Source: Eimeria praecox (Eukaryota). From it: a stretch of DNA of 64,000 bases. The notes under the pieces are model-generated. The model worked only from the letters and a program-made list of their open reading frames with translations, was not told the DNA's origin and searched no databases. The stretch lies in NCBI GenBank assembly GCA_963920595.1, contig OY986949.1, positions 62,001-126,000 on the forward strand, in the 5' to 3' direction. The translations under genes were made by a program, and so were the position numbers. How positions within the stretch are numbered: the stretch's first letter is position 1; every line of letters starts with the position of its first letter. Shown one piece after another: positions 25,618-40,000 of the stretch.

Positions 25618-27117
25618 CATGAAATATAAACGCACTCCCTAGGGGGCAGTGGCCGCGATGCGTCACTGGCGTAGCAATACCATGCAGGTATCGCTCACTG
25701 TAAACGTGGTTCTGGCTTGTCGTGTGTTGTCATGGAATGTCTCATGAAAACTGCAAATTGTGCTGGACGTTTTGACGCTGTCGTATAAATGACGTAAGCA
25801 TGCACCGTGTTGCTCTCCAGTTTAATCGGGGTAGGATGTCTGGTGAAGAATATGTACGCGCGTAGAAGATGTGACTACGGAATCTGGACTCCTTGCACCA
25901 CAGCATAGTGTTCTGTCAAGACCACTTAGGCTGCTTAGGCCACTAGGCACCGTACACTCTGCGTCACAAACATAAAGCGAATCACATGCTCAAAGGGCTT
26001 GCCTCTTTGTAACAGGCCACTTATTTGTGAGACCCAGATCGCGCTGATATTAAATGCCGCACGGCAATCTAAACACCACAGCGATTCCTGCCGCTAAGCA
26101 GTGCAGTAGGGGGTCCTTCTCTGCTGATGTGCCCCCTCGCTGGCGTTAGTGGTTAGGCTGTGAGCTTCTCCATGCACACAAATGCACAGACACACAAATA
26201 CACACACAACGAGTAAGCGTCGAGTTTCAAGCTCATTATGTCTGCCCAGTACACGAGCCGTAATTGCCAAAGTGCTGGTGCCAGCTCCTCCAAATTCAAG
26301 CCTGGAGCTCCAAATCAACGCAAGACTTCACCTCAAATTGCTCATAGGACAGGAAAAGCAGCGCACAATCAACAAAGGTTTTCCTCGGCCTGGGCTGCCC
26401 GCCACAGGTAGCTGCAAATGTACACAAGCGTCATGCTTGGCGGAACTGCCTCCACTACCAACGGCTTCAGACGTCACCTCCTTCAACGCACACGCCAAAG
26501 TTATGTCGGCCCACTTTGTTGAGGCCTCTAAACCACTTTTGTCTTTGATATCATCCATTCATTGTTGCCTCCTTAAATCTTGAGCCTTCCTTCACAAAAC
26601 TGCAATAACTCGCTTCCGGCAGCTTTTTCAGCCTACGCGAAATGCCTTGGCGTGACCGTTTGCGTGTGTGTCGTCAGCTCCTCATGCAGCTTCCTCTCTT
26701 CCAAAGTGCCGCTGAGCATCACCGAGCAGCCTCGCCCTATGTGTGCAGTCGATTGGAACAGCAATGAATAGAAAGAAGCAGCAGCACCTTTTCTCCGGGG
26801 GCTATAATGCTCCCCTGTTACTGAAGACACGGGCATCCCGCAGGTGTCCACGAACGCTGACCAACCTAATTCAGTGCTGCATTAAAAGAAGTGGATGCCA
26901 ACACTTGGTGCTGCTATACAAGCTTGTCGCCAGCTTGCTTTCGAAATAAGATTTTCATGCGCTGCCTCTCTCAACTTCATCACCTAGGCTACTCTCAATT
27001 TTCGGCACGCAGCAACGGTGGCTTCAGCAATGCCGCAAGTTGCAAACTCTTGGGGAGGCACAGCCTCAGCCCTGAACCCTGCAGCAGTAGCCACTGGTGC
27101 TGCAGCTCATTCAAATC
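25618..27117 (-). pseudogene. Kinase-like paralog K-B, copy 2
   Basis: Duplicate of 9191-10690. Confidence 0.5.
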
Positions 27118-27660
27118 CATGAAATGTAAGCGCACTCGCTAAAGGGTAATTGGTGGGTAGTGCCACTGTCACTGCAATACAGTACGCAGTACCACTTACT
27201 GTAGAGCTGTAAAGTCGAGTCCAGCTATTCGTTAATCGCCTCTTGGCAAAAGCAAATTGTGCTGGAAGTTTCGATGCTGCCATCGAAGCTCTCAGCAACG
27301 CGAACAGGTAGCACGCTGCTCATTGGTATTACCAGCAAAGGATGCCCAGTGAAGAACATCTACGCGCGTAGAAGATGTGACTACGGAGTCTGGATTCCTC
27401 ACACCAGAGCACTGGGCTCTGTGAAGGCCAACTGTGCTGCGCTCTCCACTTTGCATCGTACACGCTGCGCCAAGTACAAGCGACGGTTGCACACTGAAAG
27501 CGTTTACACAGCAAACAATTACTTTGTGAGACCCTGATTCCCTTGGCAGTAAATGTGAAACAACCGCGTACACTGCTGTTAAACAGTGGATTATGGGTTG
27601 CTTTTTCGGATGAATGCCGCCTCTTTGAGTTGCGTAGTTAGGCTGTCAGCATCTACATGC

Positions 27661-27665
<5 letters not shown>

Positions 27666-27702
<37 letters not shown>
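27666..27702. repeat. (CA)n microsatellite
   Basis: Perfect CA run. Confidence 0.97.
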
Positions 27703-27704
<2 letters not shown>

Positions 27705-28142
27705 ACGAACAAACACGCAGAGACCTGCAGACACATCCAAACATGCAAACAAGTGAGTGTTGTGTCTCATAATCATTGTGCCGGCCCAGTGGTCGGGTCT
27801 CGGTAGCAGCTGCTTGGACGTCAGGCATGTCAGGCCCTGCAAAGGCAGACGCATAACTCCAAATCAGCGCACGGCGTCGCTTCAGCGTGCCGAAAGGCTA
27901 CGAAACACCTCGCGCAATCAAAGAATGTGTTGCCCCATGGTATGCAATGCCCCTCTCATGACGTCGGAAAGGCTGAGAAGCCTCCTGGGTAGCGGATAAA
28001 CTTCCAGCGTCTGCTTCTTTAGCCATCTTGCCTCTCAAAAATCATTAGATATGTGATGGCCACTACGGAGTCCGGCTGGCCTCTAGTGTCCATACGAGAA
28101 CGACTGCTCTCTTGCCAACAGATGGGCCTACATTCAAAAAGG

Positions 28143-28145
<3 letters not shown>

Positions 28146-28197
<52 letters not shown>
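28146..28197. repeat. (TA)26 microsatellite
   Basis: Perfect TA run. Confidence 0.98.
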
Positions 28198-28198
<1 letters not shown>

Positions 28199-28786
28199 CT
28201 CGCTATCCACAGTGGGACGCCCTACGCCCTTTTGTGCACGTGTGGGCGCCTTTGTCAGCTCCACATGCAACTCCCAGTCACGCACAGAGCCTTAAAGCAG
28301 CACATGCAACCTTGCCGTCTGCGCACGGTGCCTCAAATCAGATCTCAACAAGAGCGATTGTCGCTTTTGCGTGCGAGGCCTTTGTGCTACTGAAGCCAGA
28401 CGCGTCGCGCATGCACGCACTAGCTAGAGGTCAAGCCAGCTATTTAAGGTTTGTATGTACGAAATGGATGGCAGAACTTGCTGCGCCTCTATAATGTTGT
28501 TGCTGGCTCATTTCGAGGACACAATTGGCTTGTGCCGCCTGCCTCAATGTCACTGCCGAAGCTATCCACAATGTTGGCCTGCACTGTGGCGGTCGTCAAC
28601 TTTATACATTTTAAACGGTCAAAAGGCCCTTGGTGGTTGATACATCAGCTAAACAGCGAATCGAGATTCTAGCAGGAGCCCTGTGAGCATACCATACCTA
28701 GCTGCTCATCATTGCCTTTGTGTGCATTGGAGATAACCAACCCCATATTCCTGCCCAATTAAAACTACACAACTAAAACTACACAT

Positions 28787-30027
28787 GCACAATCCCTTTC
28801 TGCATACACCCCTTATTGAAAAAGGAATCCTGGTACACAGAGTCACAACTACGATACAAATTTGGTCTTGGGCAAGGGTAAAGCTCAGACGCCATCGCAC
28901 TAGCCTGGGCGTCATTCGGCCCACCCAATGCAATGCGCACACGCTGAAGGCTTCCACGCCTTCTTTCCGTGAATGCCAAAACATTTCAGCATTCCGAGTG
29001 CACGACAGTCCAGAAAAAGATGTGCTACAGACGCTTCGTTGCGGTTTCTAGTGCCGTGTTCAAGCCTGCACAACTTGTAATGCGTGTCGCGCTATCTGTG
29101 GCGAATCGATGCGCGGTGTCAACACACGGTCACATGGAGCTGTGCAGGTCCGCACACGCGTCTTTGCAGTTTTCATTGATCCTATGGACGGTGGAGGAAG
29201 CATAATCTCCAACCGCTAGTACTGCATCGCAAAGTAACCGGCAAACTTTAACCATTTCAAGCAAAAAAATGTGTAAGAACCCGTCCGCGCTGGCGTCGGA
29301 CGCTCCAACGTTTTTGAAGCCTCGCATGTTTCATAGCCATCCCGTTAGCGCTTACGACTGGTGTAACTGACCTTGGCAATAATTAACCGACAGACCAGTG
29401 CATTCAATACCTGGCCCGCCGTGTTTGCGGTGAAGACTATTTGCTTTGCCTTCATTCCACTAGACTAAGCATTACACTCACTTGCTTTAGAAAATACGAG
29501 CATAATGAAGCTTTCGTGAGGCATGTCAGTCCACAACAGCATCCGCTGCGCTTACACAATTGCGGCTTAGCTGCTTGTTAAGCGGCACAGGAACACCTTA
29601 TATCGCATGCCGCGCTGTTTGCGACGGATATGTGCACAGCGTTGAAACGTGGCCCATCAAAGCCACGCATATCCCCGTAAAAGTCTTCGCACTTTCCAGT
29701 GGCCTTTGGCAAGGGAAAGACCGTCATCTCTTCAACCGCGTCTGCTGAAACGCGGAGCGTTCGGTAAATATTAAATGTACCATCCCCGCCCACCAAAGAT
29801 GATACCGTACACCCTGGCCCAAGAAAACACGCTGCTTTGTCCTGCGTATAGATCGCGCTCTGATTCCTCTAGATTGTATCCTCTGGGTGGTTCGTCTTGG
29901 CAGCTCTATAGCTGCCAAGACGAACCTACTCCTATGCAGCCCGGCCAGCGTTTTCACTATATCAAGCAATTCCAAATTACCAGCCTGCCATCCTGCATCT
30001 TACGCCTTCCAACACACCCTTGAGGCA
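28787..30027 (+). mobile_element. Integrase/chromodomain relic R3, copy 2
   Basis: Duplicate of 12370-13610. Confidence 0.7.
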
Positions 30028-30186
30028 TTAACCACCATGCATCACTTGTTTGGTGGCCGAGATGGCAGTCGATCCTTCTTGGTCTGCAGATTAAAGCAGG
30101 AAGAGCGGGCTTTGAGTTGCTTCCTCGTGGCCAGATTTACACCTTCCGCACTTTCAGGCTCATTCATCAGTTCGCCCAGCTAAAGG

Positions 30187-32127
30187 GATGACTAAAGGAA
30201 GCCACAACCCAAACTATGAAGCCTCTATTCTACCTTCTAGGACTCCCCTCCGCACTAGCCAGTGGCGTCCAACTGGAGCTGCAAGAACCTGGAGCTACAC
30301 GAACGCAAAAACACTCTTCCCCGGTGTCCACATCAGGTGCAAATTCAGCAGTAGATCCACTTCCAAGCGAAAAGAACTCCGCAGGCTCATGCTGCCCATC
30401 CGTCACCCACTCAGTATCATTTCCACAAGGGCTGGGCTTGGATACATAGGCGAACACCTATCCATGTATAGTCCGGCTCTATACAGAGCGGTCATCTCTC
30501 TCACCTGGTGCTTCGCTGTGCGCTAATGGCGCATGCATGAAAACCACTTTGTGCGCGATAAGCATGCGGCCGACTGAGCGGCGATTCTGGGGCTCGCGCT
30601 CATTCCTCAAAAGCATGGTGTTGAACGCCCCTGATGTTGGATGCACACTATTTCACTGCTCATCCTTCTTTACGCAATTGCATTACACTGACATGCAGTC
30701 GCGTATGAGTAGACAACCAGATTATGCACATATTGGTGCACCTATAAATAGCAGAAGCAGACTACAAACCCTGAAACACTCCAGAAATCTCCTCAGCATG
30801 GAACTGGGCTTGTGGCAGCTCGGGCTAAGCAGCACGCAGCTTGCAGACGCTGATGCGGCTCCAAGCGTGCATAGCGTTGCACGACATTAATACCTGCGTA
30901 GCGCAAGCAGAGAAGCGTCAAGAGCTTCCTAGCTTCAGCAGGGGCTCCTGTGGCATCCAAAGGTTGGAGCATACCCAACGCATACGAGTTGAGCGAAATC
31001 CCACCCTTCACAAGCATGTGAGTTTTTGAAGGCACGCCACTGACAAACGCCACGTTCGCGCCATTTTTTCTACCCCGCAGAAGCAACAATCTCTGGCGAA
31101 TGGAGACTAACCTGCTGTGGATTTCGTCGTCGTGCCTGCTCCTGCTGAAGCCTCTACTAAACATGTCACTCGGAGGCCTCCTACCGACCCACAAGCACGC
31201 CTTAAGGATTAAAGGTGGACTCGTTCTACAGACTTAATATACGCAACCTCTTCATTTTAGTTAAAAATGATGCTTGCCACAGTCCAGGAATGCAAATGCT
31301 TAGCAATCGCATGGCCGCTAAACGTAGAGCTGGCCTAGCAGCGAACGGTATCATTGTGGACTGTGTCCACCATAGAAGCAATAAAGCGCAGTTATCGCGC
31401 TCAGCCTCAACTGGAAGTGATGGGGGATTAATACAGCCCTACGTAGAGAAACTGGAAGTGCTATGGAGGCTGAATATCGGATGATGGATTCACAACACAC
31501 CGAGCAAGTCAGAGGCATGTAGCGTCCGGTATACGTGTGGGGGAGAAACGGCTGGCTGTGTCGAACTGTAGCAGTAAAGCAGCCACGATTGGGCGAAACC
31601 CGTTAGCACGCAGCGCCACGTGCGCAAACCCAAATAATCCAGAGTTCAGCTTTAGCAGTCGCTTCCCTCAACCTGACTCCTCCATACAGGCCGAGTTGAA
31701 TTGACGCTTACGCAATACCGTGCAGATCCGTTTGTATTGTGACGCCTTCTCTTGCTGTACACTTTGTGCTTAACGCTCATCAAGAAAAAAACAACGGCAG
31801 TTCCTGATTGGCTTCGCCCGTAGGAATCACGGCATAAAACATGAATGACCATAGGTTCTCCACTGTGCGCTGCTCACCTCGAGGAATCTCGTGTTAGACA
31901 CCCCGCGTTTTTCGGACAAAGCCGCGCCGCCGAACTGTCTTGAAGCCACTAGTACGTACTGCGTTGATAAAATTATGCCTTTCCCATGCCTCAACTGGCA
32001 CAGATTACCTACAATGCCAGTGTACGCGAGCCTTTAAAGCCGAAGGACCCTACGAGTCCGTGAGCCCCGCGAAAGGGGTAAAGCAGAACGCACGTTTTGC
32101 GTTGGTTTGCTCGGTTGCCACCTAAGG
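30187..32127 (+). mobile_element. pol relic R4, copy 2
   Basis: Duplicate of 13770-15710. Confidence 0.7.
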
Positions 32128-32296
32128 ATTGCCCTCGCATGTGCCATCGTATCTATAACCGGAGCCTCGGCCTACCAAAACACAGATGCCAGTGTTTTGT
32201 TGCTGGCGTGCATATTGAATATGCGTTTATTTTCACAAAGTAGCAAAGCCACATAAACGGCACCGAATGCAACAGCATCATTAGATGTTCCCATCG

Positions 32297-34017
32297 AGGT
32301 GTGCGTTATTAGGGGTGAAGGGCCAGACCCAAACAATAAGATCCGCAGCAAAAGAATTCCTGGGCCCCCTACCAACCTACACGACATCAATCTATACAAA
32401 CCTGTATTACCATCTCGCCTCCTTCATAGAATCCGTCTCCAAACCTCGCAAACCCCACCACACGTAGCGTCCAGCCCCGATGCACGCCTTGTCGTCACAC
32501 GCCATATTAACAGCTTCCCGAATCTCCCTCCTCCACGGCCAATTTGCACCTGCCGCTGGCATGCACCTAACAGTCCAACCGCTGAACAACACAACAAGCC
32601 ATTCCATTCTGTCAACATGGGGCCGACGCTGGATCCTGCACGGGTGCCATGACATGTTCCCGACAAGTCGAAGCAAACTGCAGGGCATTCTTCCTTAACA
32701 GACTTAAACTACCCACAACATTTGACCATGCACGACATGAACCTGTTCTAGGCTGTGTTGTCTATGCCACCATACAACGAAACTAGGTCCTCCCCATTTT
32801 CACCTTTCATTGAGGCACTCGCGGAGCTCCGCTCCTGCTCAGATTCACGATTTCCTCCATGCACATCCAACCAACCGCATATGCTCCCTCGGCCACTCGT
32901 CAAGGGCAACGGAGAGCTGCAGTTCATTCCAGTGTGTCCCCTCGCTCCTTTCATTGATTGTAGACTGCAAACGCAGCTGCCAGGCAGTTGTTCAAGACTC
33001 ACAACCCCCCTGCGCATACCACATTGGCAGCGCACCCACAATGGCGGCATCGCGTATATTGCAGAAGCACACATGGTTCCTTGTGCCTTCTCAGGCTCTA
33101 CATAACCGCTGACGCCTGTCACACTCTTCCATTTTGTTGCGAATTGCCCTTTGCGTATACGCTGCCCGTCCAGATGCTCGCAATGCGTACCGGCTGCGTA
33201 CAAAGCCATTTTTCTTTACTCACATCGTCCACACTGCTTTGCACTCTCCTCCTAACGCCTCTCCAGTCGTCCCCGAGTTCTCCTATCCTCATCTTGTAAC
33301 AGGCCGTCGACGTATCACGTACAAAGCGTTGACATGAATTCCAGGTACGCTTTAGTGCCCAAAAGCCTTCCCTAACACATCTGTATCCATCCTAATGAGA
33401 TGCGTGGCTGCTGGGCACCGTGGACACAAGCAACGCAACCCGCCGGCCAGTCTCTGCCATCGAGCAGCAGGCCTCCCACCACGTCGGGCACGCAGCTGAA
33501 ACCTCAACCTCACATGTAGAAGGTAGGCAAAACCATCCCTAACCCTTCCCAGCCATCCAAACAGCATGGGCCTCTCTGTATCACTTCCATAAGTGCTCTA
33601 CTGACTGCTCAGGGGGACGAAAACCCGTGTATTTGAACTAGCATGCGAGCGCTGCAGACTCAGCGGCATCCATATCATCTCTTGACGTCCAACAATCAAC
33701 AAATAGCAGCGCATAAGCTTCCCCAAGCACCAAAATAACACCTTCGGGAGACGTGCACAGTCTGTAGAGCCCATACCGCACATCCGTTCTCCGCAGTTTA
33801 ACTGTCGGGCTGATGCAGGCGTTCATATGCGCATCGACAGTCTGTTATCTACTTTTGTGTTTGGCTCCCGGGATGCCGTACCAATATGCGAAACAGATCA
33901 CGTTACTTTCGCTGCGTACCCCCAAGGCTGTGTTAGCTCATATGCTCATGCACGTATTCTCCTTTCCGCTAGCTCTCATCCAAGTAGCTTTGCCCTTTCC
34001 ATCCAACCACACAAAGC
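32297..34017 (+). mobile_element. pol relic R5, copy 2
   Basis: Duplicate of 15880-17600. Confidence 0.78.
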
Positions 34018-37000
34018 TGACTGCCGCTGTGCCTGGGCGGTCAATAAAAACACACTTTCTGATTCAACAAGCAAATTCTATCGACCTAGCCACTTCCACC
34101 TAACCTTCTGGTGTTAAAAACGCCAAGAGCCAAATCAGCGCATGCACTTCGTCATACAACGAAGGAGCACTCTGCACATACGTTCACAGCCTCGCGAGTT
34201 CATAATTCAAATTCTTTCTTCGCAGAGCCACCGTCTCGCAGGCGCAAACGGTCCTGCGTATATCATGGGCTGATGCAGTTTCCCACGCACCTCATAGCTA
34301 AGGAAAACTCCACAAAACCTGCACCATCGCTCCCAGCCATCACTGCTGCCAGACACATGCGCAGTGCGACCCAAAAAAAAGAAGTGCATCGCCATGCAAA
34401 CCAAATTATATAAGCTGCATTTGAGCCTGGTTTGCCTACGCCTGGTCTCCGTTTCATCACCCCAGTTCCCACACACCACCAGCCGCTCTCATCCATCCAA
34501 CAGTTGACACCCCTCACAACCGTCGATCCTAGCCAAACCTATCATAAGCAAACGCCCACCCCTCACTGCGTGCTACGAGAACGGGCACCCCACACATGCA
34601 ATATCAGCGGCATCTTTGCGCTGCTAACACTCCAAGTACCCACCCTACACGACATCCATTCACGCAACCAAGCAAGCCACACTGTCCCTCATCAACAGAC
34701 AACCTCCTTGCTGGTGTCCAAGCCACTCACACACACTGACCACTGTTAAGAATCCGCAAGCCCTGTGCAGTTGTCCCCACAACCGTCAAGATAGTCTAAC
34801 CGCAGCAAGGCAGAACTTGTCATCTCTCACTGATCGCATGCGGCCGACGCTCCATCCTGCACTGGCTTCTTGGCGCCCCCCTAAAAGAGCATGTCAATGT
34901 GCAGCGAAATCCTCCTTGTTACATACTGCAACCTCTCACAACTCTTCTGCTCGCCATCAGCGGGCTTATCCAAGCTCTGTTTGACGCCTGCCACACTGCC
35001 CTCAATGCAACGCAGCCTAATCGTCCTCGCTTTCGCGTTCCATCACGGCGCCTCCAATGCTCACCTCCTGCTGGAGCTCAAGCATGCCTTAACGCATACC
35101 AACACTACTTTGCATGCTCCTCTCAGCCATTCGGCACCAAACCCTTGCGCTCCAGGCAGCAATTGCCGTCAACCCGCATTAATTGCACACCCACAGGGAC
35201 CAGTATAGACGCAAAGCAAACATGCAGGAGGTGCCTGATCTTAATCGTAGCACACTGCATCACCACCCACCCCTGGCACACATTTCAAGTGCATCCTCAA
35301 CAACAGGCTCTGACACAATGCTTGGCCCCGCCACATGCTTCGAAAACGCACCTCATGTGCCTAACGCCATTCCCCACCACTCATAACCGTGCCGCGTTGC
35401 TTTCTCCACCCAGCCGCCCGTCAGCGGCCGCCTATCTTTCCTATGCTCATCATGTACTTCGCCAACCCCTCAATTAGCATAAAATGCTGGCCTAGCGTAT
35501 GCATTTGCCCGACTCCCAGCAAGCTACCAGTCTCCGAGCCAAACCAGCTTCAGCGCATGCACTTCGTCATACAACGAAGGAGCACTCTGCACATACGTTC
35601 ACAGCCTCGCGAGTTCATAATTCAAATTCTTTCTTCGCAGAGCCACCGTCTCGCAGGCGCAAACGGTCCTGCGTATATCATGGGCTGATGCAGTTTCCCA
35701 CGCACCTCATAGCTAAGGAAAACTCCACAAAACCTGCACCATCGCTCCCAGCCATCACTGCTGCCAGACACATGCGCAGTGCGACCCAAAAAAAAGAAGT
35801 GCATCGCCATGCAAACCAAATTATATAAGCTGCATTTGAGCCTGGTTTGCCTACGCCTGGTCTCCGTTTCATCACCCCAGTTCCCACACACCACCAGCCG
35901 CTCTCATCCATCCAACAGTTGACACCCCTCACAACCGTCGATCCTAGCCAAACCTATCATAAGCAAACGCCCACCCCTCATTGCGTGCTACGAGAACCGG
36001 CACCTCACACATGCAATATCAACGGCATCTTTGCGCTGCTAACACTCCAAGTACCCACCCTACACGACACCCATTCACGCAGCCAAGCAAGCCACACTGT
36101 CCCTCATCAACAGACAACCTCCTTGCTGGTGTCCAAGCCACTCACACACACTGACCACTGTTAAGAATCCGCAAGCCCTGTGCAGTTGTCCCCACAACCG
36201 TCAAGATAGTCTAACCGCAGCAAGGCAGAACTTGTCATCTCTCACTGATCGCATGCGGCCGACGCTCCATCCTGCACTGGCTTCTTGGCGCCCCCCTAAA
36301 AGAGCATGTCAATGTGCAGCGAAATCCTCCTTGTTACATACTGCAACCTCTCACAACTCTTCTGCTCGCCATCAGCGGGCTTATCCAAGCTCTGTTTGAC
36401 GCCTGCCACACTGCCCTCAATGCAACGCAGCCTAATCGTCCTCGCTTTCGCGTTCCATCACGGCGCCTCCAATGCTCACCTCCTGCTGGAGCTCAAGCAT
36501 GCCTTAACGCATACCAACACTACTTTGCATGCTCCTCTCAGCCATTCGGCACCAAACCCTTGCGCTCCAGGCAGCAATTGCCGTCAACCCGCATTAATTG
36601 CACACCCACAGGGACCAGTATAGACGCAAAGCAAACATGCAGGAGGTGCCTGATCTTAATCGTAGCACACTGCATCACCACCCACCCCTGGCACACCCTT
36701 CAAGTGCATCCTCAACAACAGGCTCTGACACAATGCATGGTCTCGCCACATGCTTCGAAAACGCACCTCATGTGCCTAACGCCATTCCCCACCACTCATA
36801 ACCATGCCGCGTTGCTTTCTCCACCCAGCCGCCCGTCAGCGGCCGCCTATCTTTCCTATGCTCATCATGGACCTCGCCAACCCCTCAATAAGCATAAAAT
36901 GCTGGCCTAGCGTATGCATCTGCCCGACTCCCAGCAAGCTACCAGTCTCCGAGCCAAACCAGCTTCAGCGCATGCACTTCGTTATACAACGAAGGAGCAC

Positions 37001-40000
37001 TCTGCACATCCGTTCACAGCCTCGCGAGTTCATAATTCAAATTCTTTCTTCGCAGAGCCACCGTCTCGCAGGCGCAAACGGTCCTGCGTGTATCATGGGC
37101 TGATGCAGTTTCCCACGCACCTCATAGCTAAGGAAAACTCCACAAAACCTGCACCATCGCTCCCAGCCATCACTGCTGCCAGACACATGCGCAGTGCGAC
37201 CCAAAAAAAAGAAGTGCATCGCCATGCAAACCAAATTATATAAGCTGCATTTGAGCCTGGTTTGCCTACGCCTGGTCTCCGTTTCATCACCCCAGTTCCC
37301 ACACACCACCAGCCGCTCTCATCCATCCAACAGTTGACACCCCTCACAACCGTCGATCCTAGCCAAACCTATCATAAGCAAACGCCCACCCCTCATTGCG
37401 TGCTACGAGAACCGGCACCTCACACATGCAATATCAACGGCATCTTTGCGCTGCTAACACTCCAAGTACCCACCCTACACGACACCCATTCACGCAGCCA
37501 AGCAAGCCACACTGTCCCTCACCAACAGACAACCTCCTTGCTGGTGTCCAAGCCACTCACACACACTGACCACTGTTAAGAATCCGCAAGCCCTGTGCAG
37601 TTGTCCCCACAACCGTCAAGATAGTCTAACCGCAGCAAGGCAGAACTTATCATCTCTCACTGATCGCATGCGGCCGACGCTCCATCCTGCACTGGCTTCT
37701 TGGCGCCCCCCTAAAAGAGCATGTCAATGTGCAGCGAAATCCTCCTTGTTACATACTGCAACCTCTCACAACTCTTCTGCTCGCCATCGACTTATCAAAG
37801 CTCTGTTTGACGCCTGCCACACTGCCCTCAATGCAACGCAGCCTAATCGTCCTCGCTTTCGCGTTCCATCACGGCGCCTCCAATGCTCACCCCCTGCGGG
37901 AGCTCAAGTATGCATGGTCTCGCCACATGCTTCGAAAAAGGAACCCCATATGCCTAACGCAATTCCTCACCACTCATAACCATGCCGCGTTGCTTTCTCC
38001 ACCCAGCCGCCCGTCAGCGGCCGCCTATCTTTCCTATGCACATCATGTACCTCGCCAACCCCTCAATAAGCATAAAATGCTGGCCTAGCGTATGCATCTG
38101 CCCGACTCCCAGCACGCTACCAGTCTCCATTGTGCATCCCCTGGAATAACGAACGTGGCTGCTAGGCACCGTGGACATGGGAAGCACAGGCCCCAAGCAG
38201 CCCACACATGAACGCCACAAGTAAAAGGCATTCAATATAGCTCCTTACTGCTCCTAGTCACTCAATCATCTAGGACACCCACGCCGCAATTTCATGACTG
38301 CCGCTGTGCCTGGGCGGTCAATGAAAACACACTTTCTGATTCAACAAGCAAATTCTATCGACCTAGCCACTTCCACCTAACCTTCTGGTGTTAAACACGC
38401 CAAGAGCCAAACCAGCTTCAGCTCATGCACTTCGTTATACAACGAAGGAGCACTCTGCACATACGTTCACAGCCTCGCGAGTTCATAATTCACATTCTTT
38501 CTTCGCAGAGCCACCGTCTCGCAGGCGCAAACGGTCCTGCGTATATCATGGGCTGATGCAGTTTCGCATGCACCTCATAGCTAAGGAAAACTCCACAAAA
38601 CCTGCACCATCGCTCCCAGCCATCTTATATAAGCTGCATTTGAGCCTGGTTTGCCTACGCCTGGTCTCCTTTTCATCACCCCAGTTCCCACACACCACCA
38701 GCCGCTCTCATCCATCCAACAGTTGACACCCCTCACAACCGTCGATCCTAGCCAAACCTATCATAAGCAAACGCCCACCCCTCATTGCGTGCTACGAGAA
38801 CCGGCACCTCACACATGCAATATCAGCGGCATCTTTGCGCTGCTAACACTCCAAGTACCCACCCTACACGACACCCATTCACGCAACCAAGCAAGCCACA
38901 CTGTCCCTCATCAACAGACAACCTCCTTGCTGGTGTCCAAGCCACTCACACACACTGACCACTGTTAAGAATCCGCAAGCCCTGTGCAGTTGTCCCCACA
39001 ACCGTCAAGATAGTCTAACCGCAGCAAGGCAGAACTTATCATCTCTCACTGATCGCATGCGGCCGACGCTCCATCCTGCACTGGCTTCTTGGCGCCCCCC
39101 TAAAAGAGCATGTCAATGTGCAGCGAAATCCTCCTTGTTACATACTGCAACCTCTCACAACTCTTCTGCTCGCCATCGACTTATCAAAGCTCTGTTTGAC
39201 GCCTGCCACACTGCCCTCAATGCAACGCAGCCTAATCGTCCTCGCTTTCGCGTTCCATCACGGCGCCTCCAATGCTCACCCCCTGCGAGAGCTCAAGTAT
39301 GCACGGTCTCGCCACATGCTTCGAAAAAGGAACCCCAAATGCCTAACGCAATTCCTCACCACTCATAACCATGCCGCGTTGCTTTCTCCACCCAGCCGCC
39401 CGTCAGCGGCCGCCTATCTTTCCTATGCTCATAATGTACCTCGCCAACCCCTCAATAAGCATAAAATGCTGGCCTAGCGTATGCATCTGCCCGACTCCCA
39501 GCACGCTACCAGTCTCCATTGTGCATCCCCTGGAATAACGAACGTCTCTGCTAGGCACCGTGGACATGGGAAGCACAGGCCCCAAGCAGCCCACACATGA
39601 ACGCCACAAGTAAAAGGCATTCAATATAGCTCCTTACTGCTCCTAGTCACTCAATCATCTAGGACACCCACGCCGCAATTTCATGACTGCCGCTGTGCCT
39701 GGGCGGTCAATGAAAACACTCTTTCTGATTCATCAAGCAAATTCTATCGACCTAGCCACTTCCACCTAACCTTCTGGTGTTAAACACGCCAAGAGCCAAA
39801 CCAGCTTCAGCTCATGCACTTCGTTATACAACGAAGGAGCACTCTGCACATACGTTCACAGCCTCGCGAGTTCATAATTCACATTCTTTCTTCGCAGAGC
39901 CACCGTCTCGCAGGCGCAAACGGTCCTGCGTATATCATGGGCTGATGCAGTTTCGCATGCACCTCATAGCTAAGGAAAACTCCACAAAACCTGCACCATC

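Larger units (their letters stand above)
27118..28607 (-). pseudogene. Kinase-like paralog K-C, copy 2
   Basis: Duplicate of 10691-12190. Confidence 0.5.
20651..34017. repeat. Macro-repeat body, copy 2
   Basis: Near-identical to 4246-17600 (offset 16,405-16,427). Confidence 0.98.
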
